Of a stretch of 64,000 nt of DNA, positions 29,112 to 38,580 are shown in pieces. Below the pieces are notes generated by a model. That model was not told the DNA's origin and made no database searches. It saw only the letters and a program-made list of their open reading frames with translations. Positions within the stretch are counted from its first letter, which is position 1, and each line of letters opens with the position of its first letter. The DNA is from an uncultured Ignavibacteriota bacterium. Its GTDB lineage: Bacteria; Bacteroidota; Ignavibacteria; Palsa-1295. The position numbers and the translations under genes are program-made. Location of the stretch: contig CAIUMP010000044.1 of NCBI GenBank assembly GCA_903900335.1, positions 98,686-162,685 on the forward strand. Direction: 5' to 3'.

Positions 29112-30107
29112 ATGCCCACAACACTCGTCACTGGCGCTGCCGGATTTATCGGTTCTCATGTCGTCGATGCACTGATCGAACGCGGACACGATGTCGTCGC
29201 GCTCGACGATCTATCCGGCGGCTTCGTCGATAATGTCAATCCGCGCGCGACGTTCGTCGAAGCGAGTTGTGTCGATCATGCGCGGCTTGCGGCGCTCTTT
29301 AACGAGCACGCGTTCGATTACGTGTATCATCTCGCCGCGTATGCCGCCGAGGGCTTGTCGCATTTTATCAAGCGATTCAATTACACGAACAACGTCATCG
29401 GCTCCGTCAATCTCATCAACGAGGCGGTGAAGCACGACGTGAAGCGGTTTATCTTCACGAGTTCGATTGCCGTCTATGGCAAAAACCAACTGCCGATGCG
29501 CGAGGACCTCGTGCCTGCGCCGGAGGATTCGTATGGCATCGCGAAGTACGCTGTCGAACTCGATCTCAAGGCATCGCACGAAATGTTCGGATTGGATTAC
29601 GTGATTTTTCGCCCGCATAATGTCTATGGCGAGCGGCAGAACACCGGCGATAAGTACCGCAACGTCATCGGCATTTTTATGAACCAGTCGCTGGCCGGTG
29701 AACCGTACACTATCTTCGGCGACGGCGAGCAAAAGCGCGCGTTCTCCTACATCGGCGACATCGCGCCTATCCTTGCTGACAGCGCAACGCACGATGGTGC
29801 GCGCAACGAAATCTTCAACGTCGGCGCGGACTCCGTCTATACCGTGAACCAACTCGCAACGGAAGTGATGACCGCGATGGGTGTGCAAACGGAGATCAAG
29901 CATCTCCCCGCCCGCAACGAAGTAGTCGATGCCTGGAGCGACCACTCGAAAGTCCAGCGCGTCTTCGGCACCAGCGCCGAAACGCCGCTCTCTGTTGGAC
30001 TCAAACGCATGGGCGATTGGGTTCGCGCCTCCGGCGTGCGCGCCTCGAAGCCCTTCGAGGGGATCGAGATTGTAAAGAATTTGCCGGGAAGTTGGAAAGT
30101 TTCATAA
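29112..30107 (+). CDS. NAD-dependent epimerase/dehydratase (UDP-sugar 4-epimerase-like)
   Basis: LVTGAAGFIGSHVVDAL Rossmann motif. YxxxK (YGIAKY) catalytic motif. Confidence 0.8.
   Translation: MPTTLVTGAAGFIGSHVVDALIERGHDVVALDDLSGGFVDNVNPRATFVEASCVDHARLAALFNEHAFDYVYHLAAYAAEGLSHFIKRFNYTNNVIGSVNLINEAVKHDVKRFIFTSSIAVYGKNQLPMREDLVPAPEDSYGIAKYAVELDLKASHEMFGLDYVIFRPHNVYGERQNTGDKYRNVIGIFMNQSLAGEPYTIFGDGEQKRAFSYIGDIAPILADSATHDGARNEIFNVGADSVYTVNQLATEVMTAMGVQTEIKHLPARNEVVDAWSDHSKVQRVFGTSAETPLSVGLKRMGDWVRASGVRASKPFEGIEIVKNLPGSWKVS
30005..30098 (+). repeat. Direct repeat DR-L: 3' end of epimerase gene, duplicated at 30705..30798
   Basis: First 36 nt identical, remainder about 88 % identical to 30705..30798. 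Brackets the BrnT/BrnA cassette. Confidence 0.85.
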
Positions 30108-30123
30108 CCACCACATTGATCGA

Positions 30124-30447
30124 GTGATGTCCGAGGCTGAATTATATCGGTTAGTTGAGCAGTGCGACGGATTCGACTGGGACGAGGGAAATTCCACGAA
30201 GAATTGGATCAAGCACCGCGTCTCGATGGACGAATGCGAACAGGCATTCGGAAACGCGCCTCTTCTCGCCCCCGATTACTCTCATTCCATCGAAGAGCGG
30301 AGACTTGTTGCACGCAGCAAAACCGATTCAGGCCGATGCCTGTTCATATCATTTACAGTGAGAGGTACGCTGATTCGCGTCATCTCCGCACGACCGATGG
30401 ATAGAAGGGAACGAGCAGACTATGAAGAAATTGAAAGAGCATCCTAA
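30124..30447 (+). CDS. brnT: BrnT-family (DUF497) type II toxin
   Basis: FDWDEGNSTKNWIKHRVSMDECEQAF...IRVISARPMDRRERADYEE matches the BrnT pattern. Confidence 0.75.
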   Translation: MMSEAELYRLVEQCDGFDWDEGNSTKNWIKHRVSMDECEQAFGNAPLLAPDYSHSIEERRLVARSKTDSGRCLFISFTVRGTLIRVISARPMDRRERADYEEIERAS

Positions 30448-30703
30448 ATTCAAGAGCGAAGACGAGGAACGGGAGTTCTGGTCCACGCACTCTTCTATGG
30501 ATTACATCGATTGGAGCAAAGCAAAACGTGCTGTGCTCCCGAAACTTGCTCGCACCGAACGTGTGATTCCCCTCCGCGTTTCCGAGAAGACGTACCAGCA
30601 GCTTACTACTCTTGCAAACCGACAAAAAAAGCCGCTCCAAAATCTCGCCAAACAACTCATTCGCGACCGCGCAAATGAGTTAGTAGCCGGAGCGAAGGCC
30701 TGA
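30422..30703 (+). CDS. brnA: BrnA-family antitoxin (ribbon-helix-helix)
   Basis: Overlaps brnT by 26 nt. EDEEREFWSTHSSMDYIDWSKAK...IPLRVSEKTYQQLTTLANRQKKPLQNLAKQLI matches the BrnA pattern. Confidence 0.7.
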   Translation: MKKLKEHPKFKSEDEEREFWSTHSSMDYIDWSKAKRAVLPKLARTERVIPLRVSEKTYQQLTTLANRQKKPLQNLAKQLIRDRANELVAGAKA

Positions 30704-30704
30704 T

Positions 30705-30798
30705 ACGCATGGGCGATTGGGTTCGCGCCTCCGGCGTGCGTGCATCGAGGCCCTTCGAGGGCATCGAGATCGAGAAGAATTTGCCGGGGAGTTGGAAG
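30705..30798 (+). repeat. Direct repeat DR-R: degenerate copy of the epimerase 3' end
   Basis: See 30005..30098. Would encode RMGDWVRASGVRASRPFEGIEIEKNLPGSWK but is not part of an ORF. Confidence 0.85.
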
Positions 30799-30853
30799 AG
30801 AACCTGAACCGGGATTTTGAGATTGATGGGATGGCTACACTTCGACACCAGCA

Positions 30854-31591
30854 ATGAACAAGACTGAAATAATATCTGAGATTAGGAGAATTGCCTCGGA
30901 GTTGGCTGCCCAAGGGAAGCCTCTCGGCAAGGCTAAGTTCGAATCCATGTCTGGGATTAAATTTCATGATTGGTACCCACACTTTTGGGTTCGTTGGGGT
31001 GACGCATTGAAGGAGGCGGGCTATACGGCCAACGCCTTCCAGGTCCGCATTGAAGACGAAGCGCTGATTCCTTTTTACGCATTGCTAATACGCGATCTTG
31101 GTCATTGGCCCGTTACTGGGGAAGTGCGTAAACGTTGTGAGGATGACTCAGCTTTTCCTTCTCACTCTGTCATGGGATTCGCACGTTTAGGAGGAAAGAG
31201 TGAGCTGGCGAGAATGCTTGTTGCCTTTTGTGAAGCCAATTCAGGGTGGAACGACGTAAGAGAAATTGCTGAGAAACAAGTTGAGGATAGAATCCAGCCT
31301 ATTGAAGACCGTTCGAATCGAACAGACGATCAAATTGATGGACACGTCTATCTGATTAAGTCAGGGAAACACTACAAGATTGGCAAAACGAACGATCTTG
31401 GGAGGAGGGGCAAAGAAATTGCATTAGAGTTACCTGAAGCCAGCAGTGTTATCCATTCCATTCAGACAGACGATCCGAGCGGAATCGAATCGTACTGGCA
31501 TCGGCGATTCAATGATCGACGGAAAAACGGAGAGTGGTTTGAATTAAGTGCGGCTGACGTTCGCGCTTTCCGACGAAGAAAGTTTATGTAG
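30854..31591 (+). CDS. Protein with two homing-endonuclease-associated (HNH_repeat-like) repeats and a C-terminal T5orf172/GIY-YIG-like domain
   Basis: N-terminal repeats ending ...WGDALKEAGY and ...ARLGGKSELARML. C-terminal GHVYLIKSGKHYKIGKTNDLGRRGKEI...GEWFELSAADV typical of T5orf172 (MUG113) domains. Confidence 0.6.
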   Translation: MNKTEIISEIRRIASELAAQGKPLGKAKFESMSGIKFHDWYPHFWVRWGDALKEAGYTANAFQVRIEDEALIPFYALLIRDLGHWPVTGEVRKRCEDDSAFPSHSVMGFARLGGKSELARMLVAFCEANSGWNDVREIAEKQVEDRIQPIEDRSNRTDDQIDGHVYLIKSGKHYKIGKTNDLGRRGKEIALELPEASSVIHSIQTDDPSGIESYWHRRFNDRRKNGEWFELSAADVRAFRRRKFM

Positions 31592-31596
31592 ACAGA

Positions 31597-32403
31597 TTAG
31601 TACCGCTCTTTTTCAAAAGTTAGATCGAAGCAATTGAATTTTGGTCGAGCCCGAAATAAGTCGACAGGGTACTTTCGGCTTCGAATTTTATTGAGTAGTA
31701 ATTCTTCATCAGCCTTGCTGATTCTCATTCCGAGGTAGATTGACTCGATTGCATTTTCCGGAATGGGGATGATCTCACTTGCTCCTTTCAGCAATATGAG
31801 CCTCCATTCCTTCTCATATGCCCAATCGGAATGTTTAACTTTGAAGGGGCCAAACCAGTCATCTATCGACAGGTTCGGATCATATGGATTGATCACGGGG
31901 CATTCCTTGTGATATTCGATTGGTGTAAGAACCACCTGCGCATGACTTCGCAAAGCCTCATAAAGGACATTCGTCCTATAGCCTATGCAGAACCCAGAAT
32001 GATTGAGCCCATAGTGGGACCACATCAGGATGTTGGACTCCTGAGCAGCGAGTGAGAATGCCCCTGTTTCTTTAGCATTCGTTTCGGCTTGCTTCTGATC
32101 GATCGCTTGGGCTTCTATCAGATTTATAGAAATCTTTTCTATAAACTTCTTCCAATCCTGCACTATCTGGCTATCCGGTCGAGGAGGAGAAAACAATACT
32201 GAGTTTTGTCTTCTCATGTGTTCAAGTATTTGATCGGGCGTACTGTTGCTACTATGGTACAATACCGGCAGTGCAGTGTCGAAGGGGTCATTGAATTTTT
32301 CAGGAGGAGTAAAATACATCTCTTCGAGCGACTTGAGATGGTAACCAGCACTATCGAAGTGCCTATACTTAAATAAGACTCGAGGTTCCTTATTCTTTCC
32401 CAT
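31597..32403 (-). CDS. DUF2971-family protein
   Basis: N-terminal VLFKYRHFDS...LEEMYFTPPEKFNDPFD matches the DUF2971 signature. Low-GC gene convergent with the T5orf172 gene. Confidence 0.55.
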   Translation of the reverse strand: MGKNKEPRVLFKYRHFDSAGYHLKSLEEMYFTPPEKFNDPFDTALPVLYHSSNSTPDQILEHMRRQNSVLFSPPRPDSQIVQDWKKFIEKISINLIEAQAIDQKQAETNAKETGAFSLAAQESNILMWSHYGLNHSGFCIGYRTNVLYEALRSHAQVVLTPIEYHKECPVINPYDPNLSIDDWFGPFKVKHSDWAYEKEWRLILLKGASEIIPIPENAIESIYLGMRISKADEELLLNKIRSRKYPVDLFRARPKFNCFDLTFEKERY

Positions 32404-32432
32404 TGCTTTCTTCCATAACTACGTGGACTGCC

Positions 32433-33193
32433 CTACACCACCACCAACTCAATCGGGCAGTGATCGCTGCCCAGGATGTCGGGGAGGATCGTGGCGTTGC
32501 GGATGCGGGGGACGAAGCCTTCGGTCACCATGAACATGTCGATGCGCCAGCCCACATTGCGATCGCGTGATTTGCTGATTTGATCCCAGTAGGTGTATTG
32601 CTCCGGCTCCTGATTGTACGTGCGGAAAATATCGACGTAGCCCATGTCGGTGATCTTGTCGAGCCACGCGCGCTCCTCCGGCAAGAAGCCGGAGGTCTTC
32701 GACCACTCCTTTGGCTTTGCCACATCAATCTCACGATGCGCGGTGTTGTAATCGCCGCAGATGACAAGCTCTCGTCCGTCGGCGCGGAGGTCCTGCCATT
32801 GCTCGAGCAGGTGATCGTACAAATCGAGTTTATACCGAACGCGCTCCGGCCCGCGACCGCCGTTGGGGAAGTAAATGTTGTAGAGAATGAAATCGCCGTA
32901 GTCGGCAGAGATAACGCGACCTTCTGAGTCGAAGCGCGTTGCGCCGCAACCAGCGGTGATACTGACGGGCTTCTGCTTCGTGTAGATCGCAACACCAGAG
33001 TAACCCTTCTTCTCAGCACTTACAAAGTGCGACTGATACCCGGCGATATCAAGCAGCTCCGGCCCGAGCTGTTCGCGCTGAGCTTTCGTCTCCTGCAAAC
33101 ACATCACATCGGGATTTTCCCGCGCGATAAAATCGAGAAACCCCTTCTTCTGAGCGGCACGAATACCGTTAACATTCCAACAGAGAATACGCA
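32433..33193 (-). CDS. xthA: Exodeoxyribonuclease III
   Basis: MRILCWNVNGIRA start and conserved ExoIII motifs (LQETK; GDYNTAHREIDV; SDHCPIE). Track ORF extends to 33284, but the conserved start Met is at 33193. Confidence 0.85.
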
Positions 33194-33261
33194 TGGGTTG
33201 GTCAACTCTCCGCCGCGCCGTTTTGTTCGAGCCTCTACTTCTTCGCCGAAACAAATCACCC

Positions 33262-34464
33262 GTGAACTTCGCACTACTCCACACGCACCCCCGGTTCCGC
33301 CGCCTTTGGCTGGCGGATATTCTGTCGCAGACGGGTTCGCAGGTGTCGTCCGTTGCGTTGCTTATCGTCGTCTTCCGCTTGCACTCTTCGACAGCGGAAG
33401 TAGCGGGCCTTGTTTTTTGCCAAACGATACCAGCGGTGATCTTTGGTCTCTATGCCGGAGCAATCATTGACAGGTTTTCGAAGAAGCCGCTTTTGGTTGG
33501 GTCCGATCTGATACGCGCTATCACCATCGCATCAATTCCATTCGTGTCGGACTTGTGGGCAATTTATCTGCTCGCGTTTCTTACCTCAACCGCAACCGCT
33601 GTTTTTCAGCCGGCGCGGCAAGCCGTCATACCAGAGTTGGTTGAGGAAAGTGAGCGCGTGAATGCCAACGCGCTTTCGAGCCTTACGTTCGGCACGATGC
33701 TCTTTCTCGGGCCAGCGATCGGGGGTGCCATTGCTGGCTTCTGGAGCGTCAGTGCAGCCTTCTACATTGATAGCATTACCTTCCTAACGAGCGCCCTGTT
33801 CCTTAGCGGGATTCCGTTGCCTCACATGAAAACAGAGAGCACATCTACGCTGAAGAGTCTGACGAAAGATATTGGCCTGGGTATGCGGTATGTTTGGGCG
33901 CACCCCGTCATCTCCTATGTCTTCCTGCTGATGTTCGTTGGGAATGTGTCGCTGGGGTTCTGGTTTCCTGTGCTCCCCTCGTTCAACGCAAGCTTTTTGC
34001 ATGGCGACAATTTCACATTTGGCCTGATCTATTCCGCCTTCGGTCTTGGAAGTCTGCTTGGCGGACCGTTTGCACCTTCGGTTGTGAAGCGTTTTACGAA
34101 GGGGCGTATCCTATACGCGACTATCGCACTCGACGCATTGTGCTTCATCGTATTCAGCAGGAGTCCTTCGCTATATTTCGCACTCGGCATCTCGGTTATC
34201 TGGGGAATGGTCGTCGTGGTGATGTTTGTGGTCTATGAAACGATGATGCAGAACATCGTCGAACCGGACTTTCGTGGACGAGTATTCAGCATGGGCTCGA
34301 TTCAATTTAACGGAGGGATCTTGAGCGCACAGTTGATAGCAATTAAGGTAGCGGGCGTGCTCCGGCCAGAGGAGATCTTTCTGTACACAGGCTCCATTTA
34401 TTTGTCGGTCGTGCTGTTGGCGTCGGCTCGGAAGAGTTTTCGGGTATTGATGGACGTCGAGTAA
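33262..34464 (+). CDS. MFS transporter
   Basis: 12-TM pattern. N-terminal FRRLWLADILSQTGSQV typical of MFS. The track's ATG at 33193 overlaps xthA, so the start is probably an alternative codon near 33262. Confidence 0.55.
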   Translation: MNFALLHTHPRFRRLWLADILSQTGSQVSSVALLIVVFRLHSSTAEVAGLVFCQTIPAVIFGLYAGAIIDRFSKKPLLVGSDLIRAITIASIPFVSDLWAIYLLAFLTSTATAVFQPARQAVIPELVEESERVNANALSSLTFGTMLFLGPAIGGAIAGFWSVSAAFYIDSITFLTSALFLSGIPLPHMKTESTSTLKSLTKDIGLGMRYVWAHPVISYVFLLMFVGNVSLGFWFPVLPSFNASFLHGDNFTFGLIYSAFGLGSLLGGPFAPSVVKRFTKGRILYATIALDALCFIVFSRSPSLYFALGISVIWGMVVVVMFVVYETMMQNIVEPDFRGRVFSMGSIQFNGGILSAQLIAIKVAGVLRPEEIFLYTGSIYLSVVLLASARKSFRVLMDVE

Positions 34465-34477
34465 GGTCTCGCACGGA

Positions 34478-35125
34478 CTATGCTGCAATTGCAAGTGCCG
34501 CAAGATCGAGGTATGCGGAACCAACTTCGCATATGTTTTCAATCCAACCCACGCGGAGCATCCACGCAAACCGAGCCTGCCAATATTTTGCTAAATCGTG
34601 ATGTGGACTCTCGCCTTCTTGCCGCGCCTTCTCGTTGCATGCGAATAGCGCCTCAGCAAGGGGCGGCAAACCAACGCCCGCACGAAGCTCATCAACGTGC
34701 GCCTCGTCTTGAATGGGACTTGTGGTGAGAACCCCGTCGGCATTCATATCCATCTGAGTGCCATAGCGTTGGCGCTTACCGGAGAATACTAATACACGGT
34801 CTTCGAGCATCGCGATGTGCGATAGGGGGACACCGCGCGAATCCGACTGCAGAAGAGCCACTACCATCCTTTGAAGTTGGGGCATCGAGATCGAATGCAT
34901 CACGATGTACCATGCCGCCCGCTGGATGGCCTCACCATCTCGATCGCGATCGGGCCATCCATGCTCATCCAATAGTCTCTCAAGGACGGCCCCATTGCGA
35001 TTGTGCAACGCTTCCATTTCGGGATCGTAGCCACCGAACAACTTGCCCGCAACCCTGAGCTTTTCCCGAAGTGCGAAATCCTCCGCGAAAAGCACAGGAA
35101 GTTCTGCAAATGGACTCACCTGCAC
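34478..35125 (-). CDS. Hypothetical protein (215 aa)
   Basis: Clean ORF with no recognised motif. Confidence 0.35.
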   Translation of the reverse strand: MQVSPFAELPVLFAEDFALREKLRVAGKLFGGYDPEMEALHNRNGAVLERLLDEHGWPDRDRDGEAIQRAAWYIVMHSISMPQLQRMVVALLQSDSRGVPLSHIAMLEDRVLVFSGKRQRYGTQMDMNADGVLTTSPIQDEAHVDELRAGVGLPPLAEALFACNEKARQEGESPHHDLAKYWQARFAWMLRVGWIENICEVGSAYLDLAALAIAA

Positions 35126-35133
35126 TTAAATTG

Positions 35134-36489
35134 TCAATGTTCCGACGATCGCTTACCGAGCACGACCGGCACATCTACCGCCACGCCAGCGCGCATCACC
35201 TTCATGATCACCTTATCTCCCGGATGATGCTTGGCAAGTGCATTCGTGTAATCGTAGATGTTCTTGATCGCCATCTCATCGAACTTGATCACGATGTCTC
35301 CCTTTTGAAGACCTGCTGCTTTGGCCGGAGAGTTGTCGCGAATTTCGTCGATGCGAAGGCCATCTCCATCATAACCGTAATCCGGAACGCCACCGACATA
35401 CACGCCAAATGACGCAGCCTTCTGTTCTGTATCACCGGCAGGGCGCGTAAATGCGATCTTATCCGGACGATTCGCGAGATTCAAAACCACTGACTCTGCG
35501 AACTGCGCAACCTTTGCTTCGCCAACCACATTGATCTTATCGCGTGTGTCGGTGGCCTTGTGATAGTCATCATGGAAGCCCGTGAAGAGGAAGAGCACAG
35601 GAACATCCTTCGCATAGAATTTCGCGTGGTCGCTTGGGCCCGTTCCGGTCTGGAAGTATTTCAAGTGAAGCGGCTTCGATTCCGGAAGCGATGTAATGAG
35701 ATCCTTCCACGAAGGCGAAGTCCCCATCCCCTGCACGATGAGCGTGTTGCTGTCATTCATTCGCCCGATCATGTCCATGTTGACCATCGCTTGAACATTC
35801 TTGAGCGGCACAAGCGGGTGTTCAGTGAAATATGCGCTGCCAAAGAGACCTTCCTCTTCGCCAGAGAAGGCGATGAAGAGAACACTTCGTTTGAGGGTAT
35901 ATCGCTCTTTCGAAAGATGTTCGGCGATCTCGAGCAACCCGGATGTTCCGCTTGCATTGTCGTCAGCGCCGTAGTGGATCGCATGGACTTTATCGAGGGC
36001 AAATGGACCTCCCATCCCCAGGTGATCGTAGTGCGCACCAATAATGACCGTTTGGTCCGCAAGCTGCGGATCTTCACCACGAATGTAGCCGACAATGTTC
36101 ATTCCATGCGTGAAGCCATGCTTGGTTGTGTCCATGGCGTGTTCGGAGAAATCGAACGGCTGCATGAACACATGTGCGGAGTCGATAGGGGAAAGCTGCA
36201 AGCGATGGAATTCGGATGCGATGTACCGCGCCGCTTTTGAAGCCCCCGGTTCACCTGTGCGTCGCCCTTCGAGCGAATCGCTGGCAAGAATGTCGAGCCT
36301 CTCGCCAATATCCTTAGCAGTAATGGACCATACGGTCTTCGCTCCTCCAGAGGATGCCGTCTCTTGCGCACGCGCTGTGAGCGTAAATCGAAGATTTAGA
36401 ATGCCTGCCGCCGCGACGACCAAGAGGATGGTGGTTCGGCGGAGAGTCCTGGTGCGCGACCGATTAGTGTTGTCCATTGTGCGCTGCAA
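35134..36489 (-). CDS. Secreted M28-family aminopeptidase with C-terminal PDZ domain
   Basis: Signal peptide. M28 motifs (IGAHYDHLG; AFSGEEEGLFGS). C-terminal PDZ-like GLQKGDIVIKFDEMAI. Confidence 0.7.
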   Translation of the reverse strand: MQRTMDNTNRSRTRTLRRTTILLVVAAAGILNLRFTLTARAQETASSGGAKTVWSITAKDIGERLDILASDSLEGRRTGEPGASKAARYIASEFHRLQLSPIDSAHVFMQPFDFSEHAMDTTKHGFTHGMNIVGYIRGEDPQLADQTVIIGAHYDHLGMGGPFALDKVHAIHYGADDNASGTSGLLEIAEHLSKERYTLKRSVLFIAFSGEEEGLFGSAYFTEHPLVPLKNVQAMVNMDMIGRMNDSNTLIVQGMGTSPSWKDLITSLPESKPLHLKYFQTGTGPSDHAKFYAKDVPVLFLFTGFHDDYHKATDTRDKINVVGEAKVAQFAESVVLNLANRPDKIAFTRPAGDTEQKAASFGVYVGGVPDYGYDGDGLRIDEIRDNSPAKAAGLQKGDIVIKFDEMAIKNIYDYTNALAKHHPGDKVIMKVMRAGVAVDVPVVLGKRSSEH

Positions 36490-36973
36490 TATCCGTGAGC
36501 AGTTCGGCGCTATGCGTGCGAGGATCGACTTTGTGGTAGATCTTCATGATCTTACCATCTTTGCCGATCAGGAAGGTCCAGCGGCGGGGCCAGGAAACAT
36601 CGATCGGCACTCCGTAGGCCTTACAAATAGTGGTGTCCGAATCAACCAGCAGGGGGAAATTCAAGCTATCCTTCTTGGTGAACTCCTCGTGCTTCTTGCG
36701 GTCATCCAAGGAGACTCCAAGCACGACCGTATTCGCAGCAATAAACTTGGGGTAATCATCGCGGAATTTGCACGCTTCGATCGTGCAGCCGTGTGTCATA
36801 TCCTCTGGATAAAAGTAGAGGACAACGTTTTGCTTGCCGAGGTACTGACTAAGCGAAATATGAGAACCATCCGTCGCTTCTGCCTTAAAATCCGGAGCCT
36901 TATCTCCTACGTGGAGTTCAACTGCTACTGCCATGAGTAATATGAGAATTGATTGAATCATTGTTGATAACAA
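36464..36973 (-). CDS. bcp: Peroxiredoxin (Bcp/thiol peroxidase-like)
   Basis: HVGDKAPDF...VVLYFYPEDMTHGCTIEAC peroxidatic Cys motif. True start possibly at 36934. Confidence 0.75.
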   Translation of the reverse strand: MLSTMIQSILILLMAVAVELHVGDKAPDFKAEATDGSHISLSQYLGKQNVVLYFYPEDMTHGCTIEACKFRDDYPKFIAANTVVLGVSLDDRKKHEEFTKKDSLNFPLLVDSDTTICKAYGVPIDVSWPRRWTFLIGKDGKIMKIYHKVDPRTHSAELLTDIAAHNGQH

Positions 36974-36984
36974 AACTTGTTGTA

Positions 36985-37566
36985 TTAGACTTCTTCCATG
37001 CCACTGACATCGATGATGCCAGCAACAATGAGTTTGGAAAACTTTGCGACATCCCCACCAAGCTTAAGTAGCCTCTCGTGCATTGGGGAGTCCGTCTCTT
37101 CGTTGATCCTTCGAAGCGCTGCGTCGGTATTCGCAATGGAGACCTGGTGCGGCACGACCCATGCGCCGACGCTTCGCATTACAATTCGCAGGTGATTGAT
37201 TGCGTTCACAGCACTGATCGCGCCACCCGCAACGCCGATGAGGCCCACCATTTTGTGTTCGAAATCTGCCCCGCTACAGAGGTCTAGCGCATTCTTGAGC
37301 GCACCCGTCATGCTGTTATGATACTCCGGCGTGCCAAGAATTATTCCATGAGCGCTGCGGATCAGTCCACGAAAGGCTTGTACCGATTCGGGGTAGGAAT
37401 CCTCATCGGAGCGACCATCGCAGAAGGGCAGCTCGATCCGACTTAGATCAAGGTACTGAGTATGGGCTCCTGCTCGTTCGGCACCCCGCAGGGCGACTTC
37501 CACTGCTTCCCCCGTCTCCGAAGGATAACGCATGCTGCCGGAAATACCGAGGACACTAACGGACAT
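36985..37566 (-). CDS. NADPH-dependent FMN reductase family protein
   Basis: VLGISGSMRYPSETGEAVEVAL flavodoxin-like N-terminus typical of NAD(P)H-dependent FMN reductases. Confidence 0.65.
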   Translation of the reverse strand: MSVSVLGISGSMRYPSETGEAVEVALRGAERAGAHTQYLDLSRIELPFCDGRSDEDSYPESVQAFRGLIRSAHGIILGTPEYHNSMTGALKNALDLCSGADFEHKMVGLIGVAGGAISAVNAINHLRIVMRSVGAWVVPHQVSIANTDAALRRINEETDSPMHERLLKLGGDVAKFSKLIVAGIIDVSGMEEV

Positions 37567-38420
37567 TACTTCGTTACAGTATAGTCGTAAAAACCCTTCC
37601 CCGTCTTTTTTCCAAGCAGATTCGCTTCGACCATCTTTTGCTGAATCAGATGCGGGCGAAAACGCGGCTCTTGAAAGTACTGATCATAAACGGACTGCGT
37701 CACGGCAAGATTCACGTCTATACCGATCAGATCCATTAGTTCGAACGGTCCCATCGCGAATCCATTCGCCTTCATGATACGATCTATCTGCGAGATATCG
37801 GCGATGCCATCATTGGCGGCCCGAAGCGATTCACCATAAAAATTTCTCGCCACGCGGTTGACGATGAACCCGGGAGTGTCCTTCGCCAGCACGGGCGTCT
37901 TTCCGAGCTGTTTGATATAGCCCTCCGCGCGATACATCATGTCGTCGGTTGTTTGCTGTCCGCGCACGATTTCTACCAACTTCATGATATGGGCCGGGTT
38001 GAAGAAATGCAGGCCGAGTACACGCTCCGGCCGTTTTGTTGCACTGGCAATAGCCGTTATGGAAAGCGATGAGGTATTGCTCGCCAGAATACATTCCTCG
38101 GAACACATTTCACTGAGCTTCGCGAATAGCTCTTGCTTCGTATCCAACTTTTCAATAGCGGCCTCAATGACAAGGTCGCACGTCTTCAGATGGTCAAAAT
38201 GTGACGTCGTGCGGATGCGCATGGCCGCCTTATTGGCCTCCTCCGTGCTGAGTTTGCCGCGTTCGATGGATTTGTCCATCGTCTCGCCAAGCTTTTTGTA
38301 GGCGATTTGTAAGTAGGCGTCGGCTACGTCGTGTAACACGACATCGTAGCCCGCGAGTGCGCTGGAAAGGGCGATGCCGGAACCCATGGTTCCAGCGCCG
38401 ATGATACCGATTGTGGTCAT
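37566..38420 (-). CDS. hbd: 3-hydroxyacyl-CoA (3-hydroxybutyryl-CoA) dehydrogenase
   Basis: IGIIGAGTMGSGIA Rossmann motif. Conserved HFFNPAHIMKLVEIV. Length about 284 aa. Confidence 0.8.
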   Translation of the reverse strand: MTTIGIIGAGTMGSGIALSSALAGYDVVLHDVADAYLQIAYKKLGETMDKSIERGKLSTEEANKAAMRIRTTSHFDHLKTCDLVIEAAIEKLDTKQELFAKLSEMCSEECILASNTSSLSITAIASATKRPERVLGLHFFNPAHIMKLVEIVRGQQTTDDMMYRAEGYIKQLGKTPVLAKDTPGFIVNRVARNFYGESLRAANDGIADISQIDRIMKANGFAMGPFELMDLIGIDVNLAVTQSVYDQYFQEPRFRPHLIQQKMVEANLLGKKTGKGFYDYTVTK

Positions 38421-38580
38421 TCGTAAGACTAATTGCGATTGTTGGGTTCAAACAGTCAGACGGGCAAAATCAGCCCCAGTGACTGAACGCGGATTCATCG
38501 GATTTGGAGGATTTCGGGGATTCAGAAGAGAAAGAGTCGCGTTTTCGCTTACTCCAATTCGAGCGCTATAACTTACGAGC

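Noticed and set aside
30705-30798. Second copy of the epimerase 3' end as a pseudogene
   Set aside because: It is only 94 bp, has no upstream coding continuity and is better described as a duplication footprint of the BrnTA insertion.
36095-36940. 281-aa plus-strand ORF
   Set aside because: Spans the convergent ends of the M28 peptidase and bcp genes on the opposite strand. No motifs. Coding genes on the minus strand explain the region.
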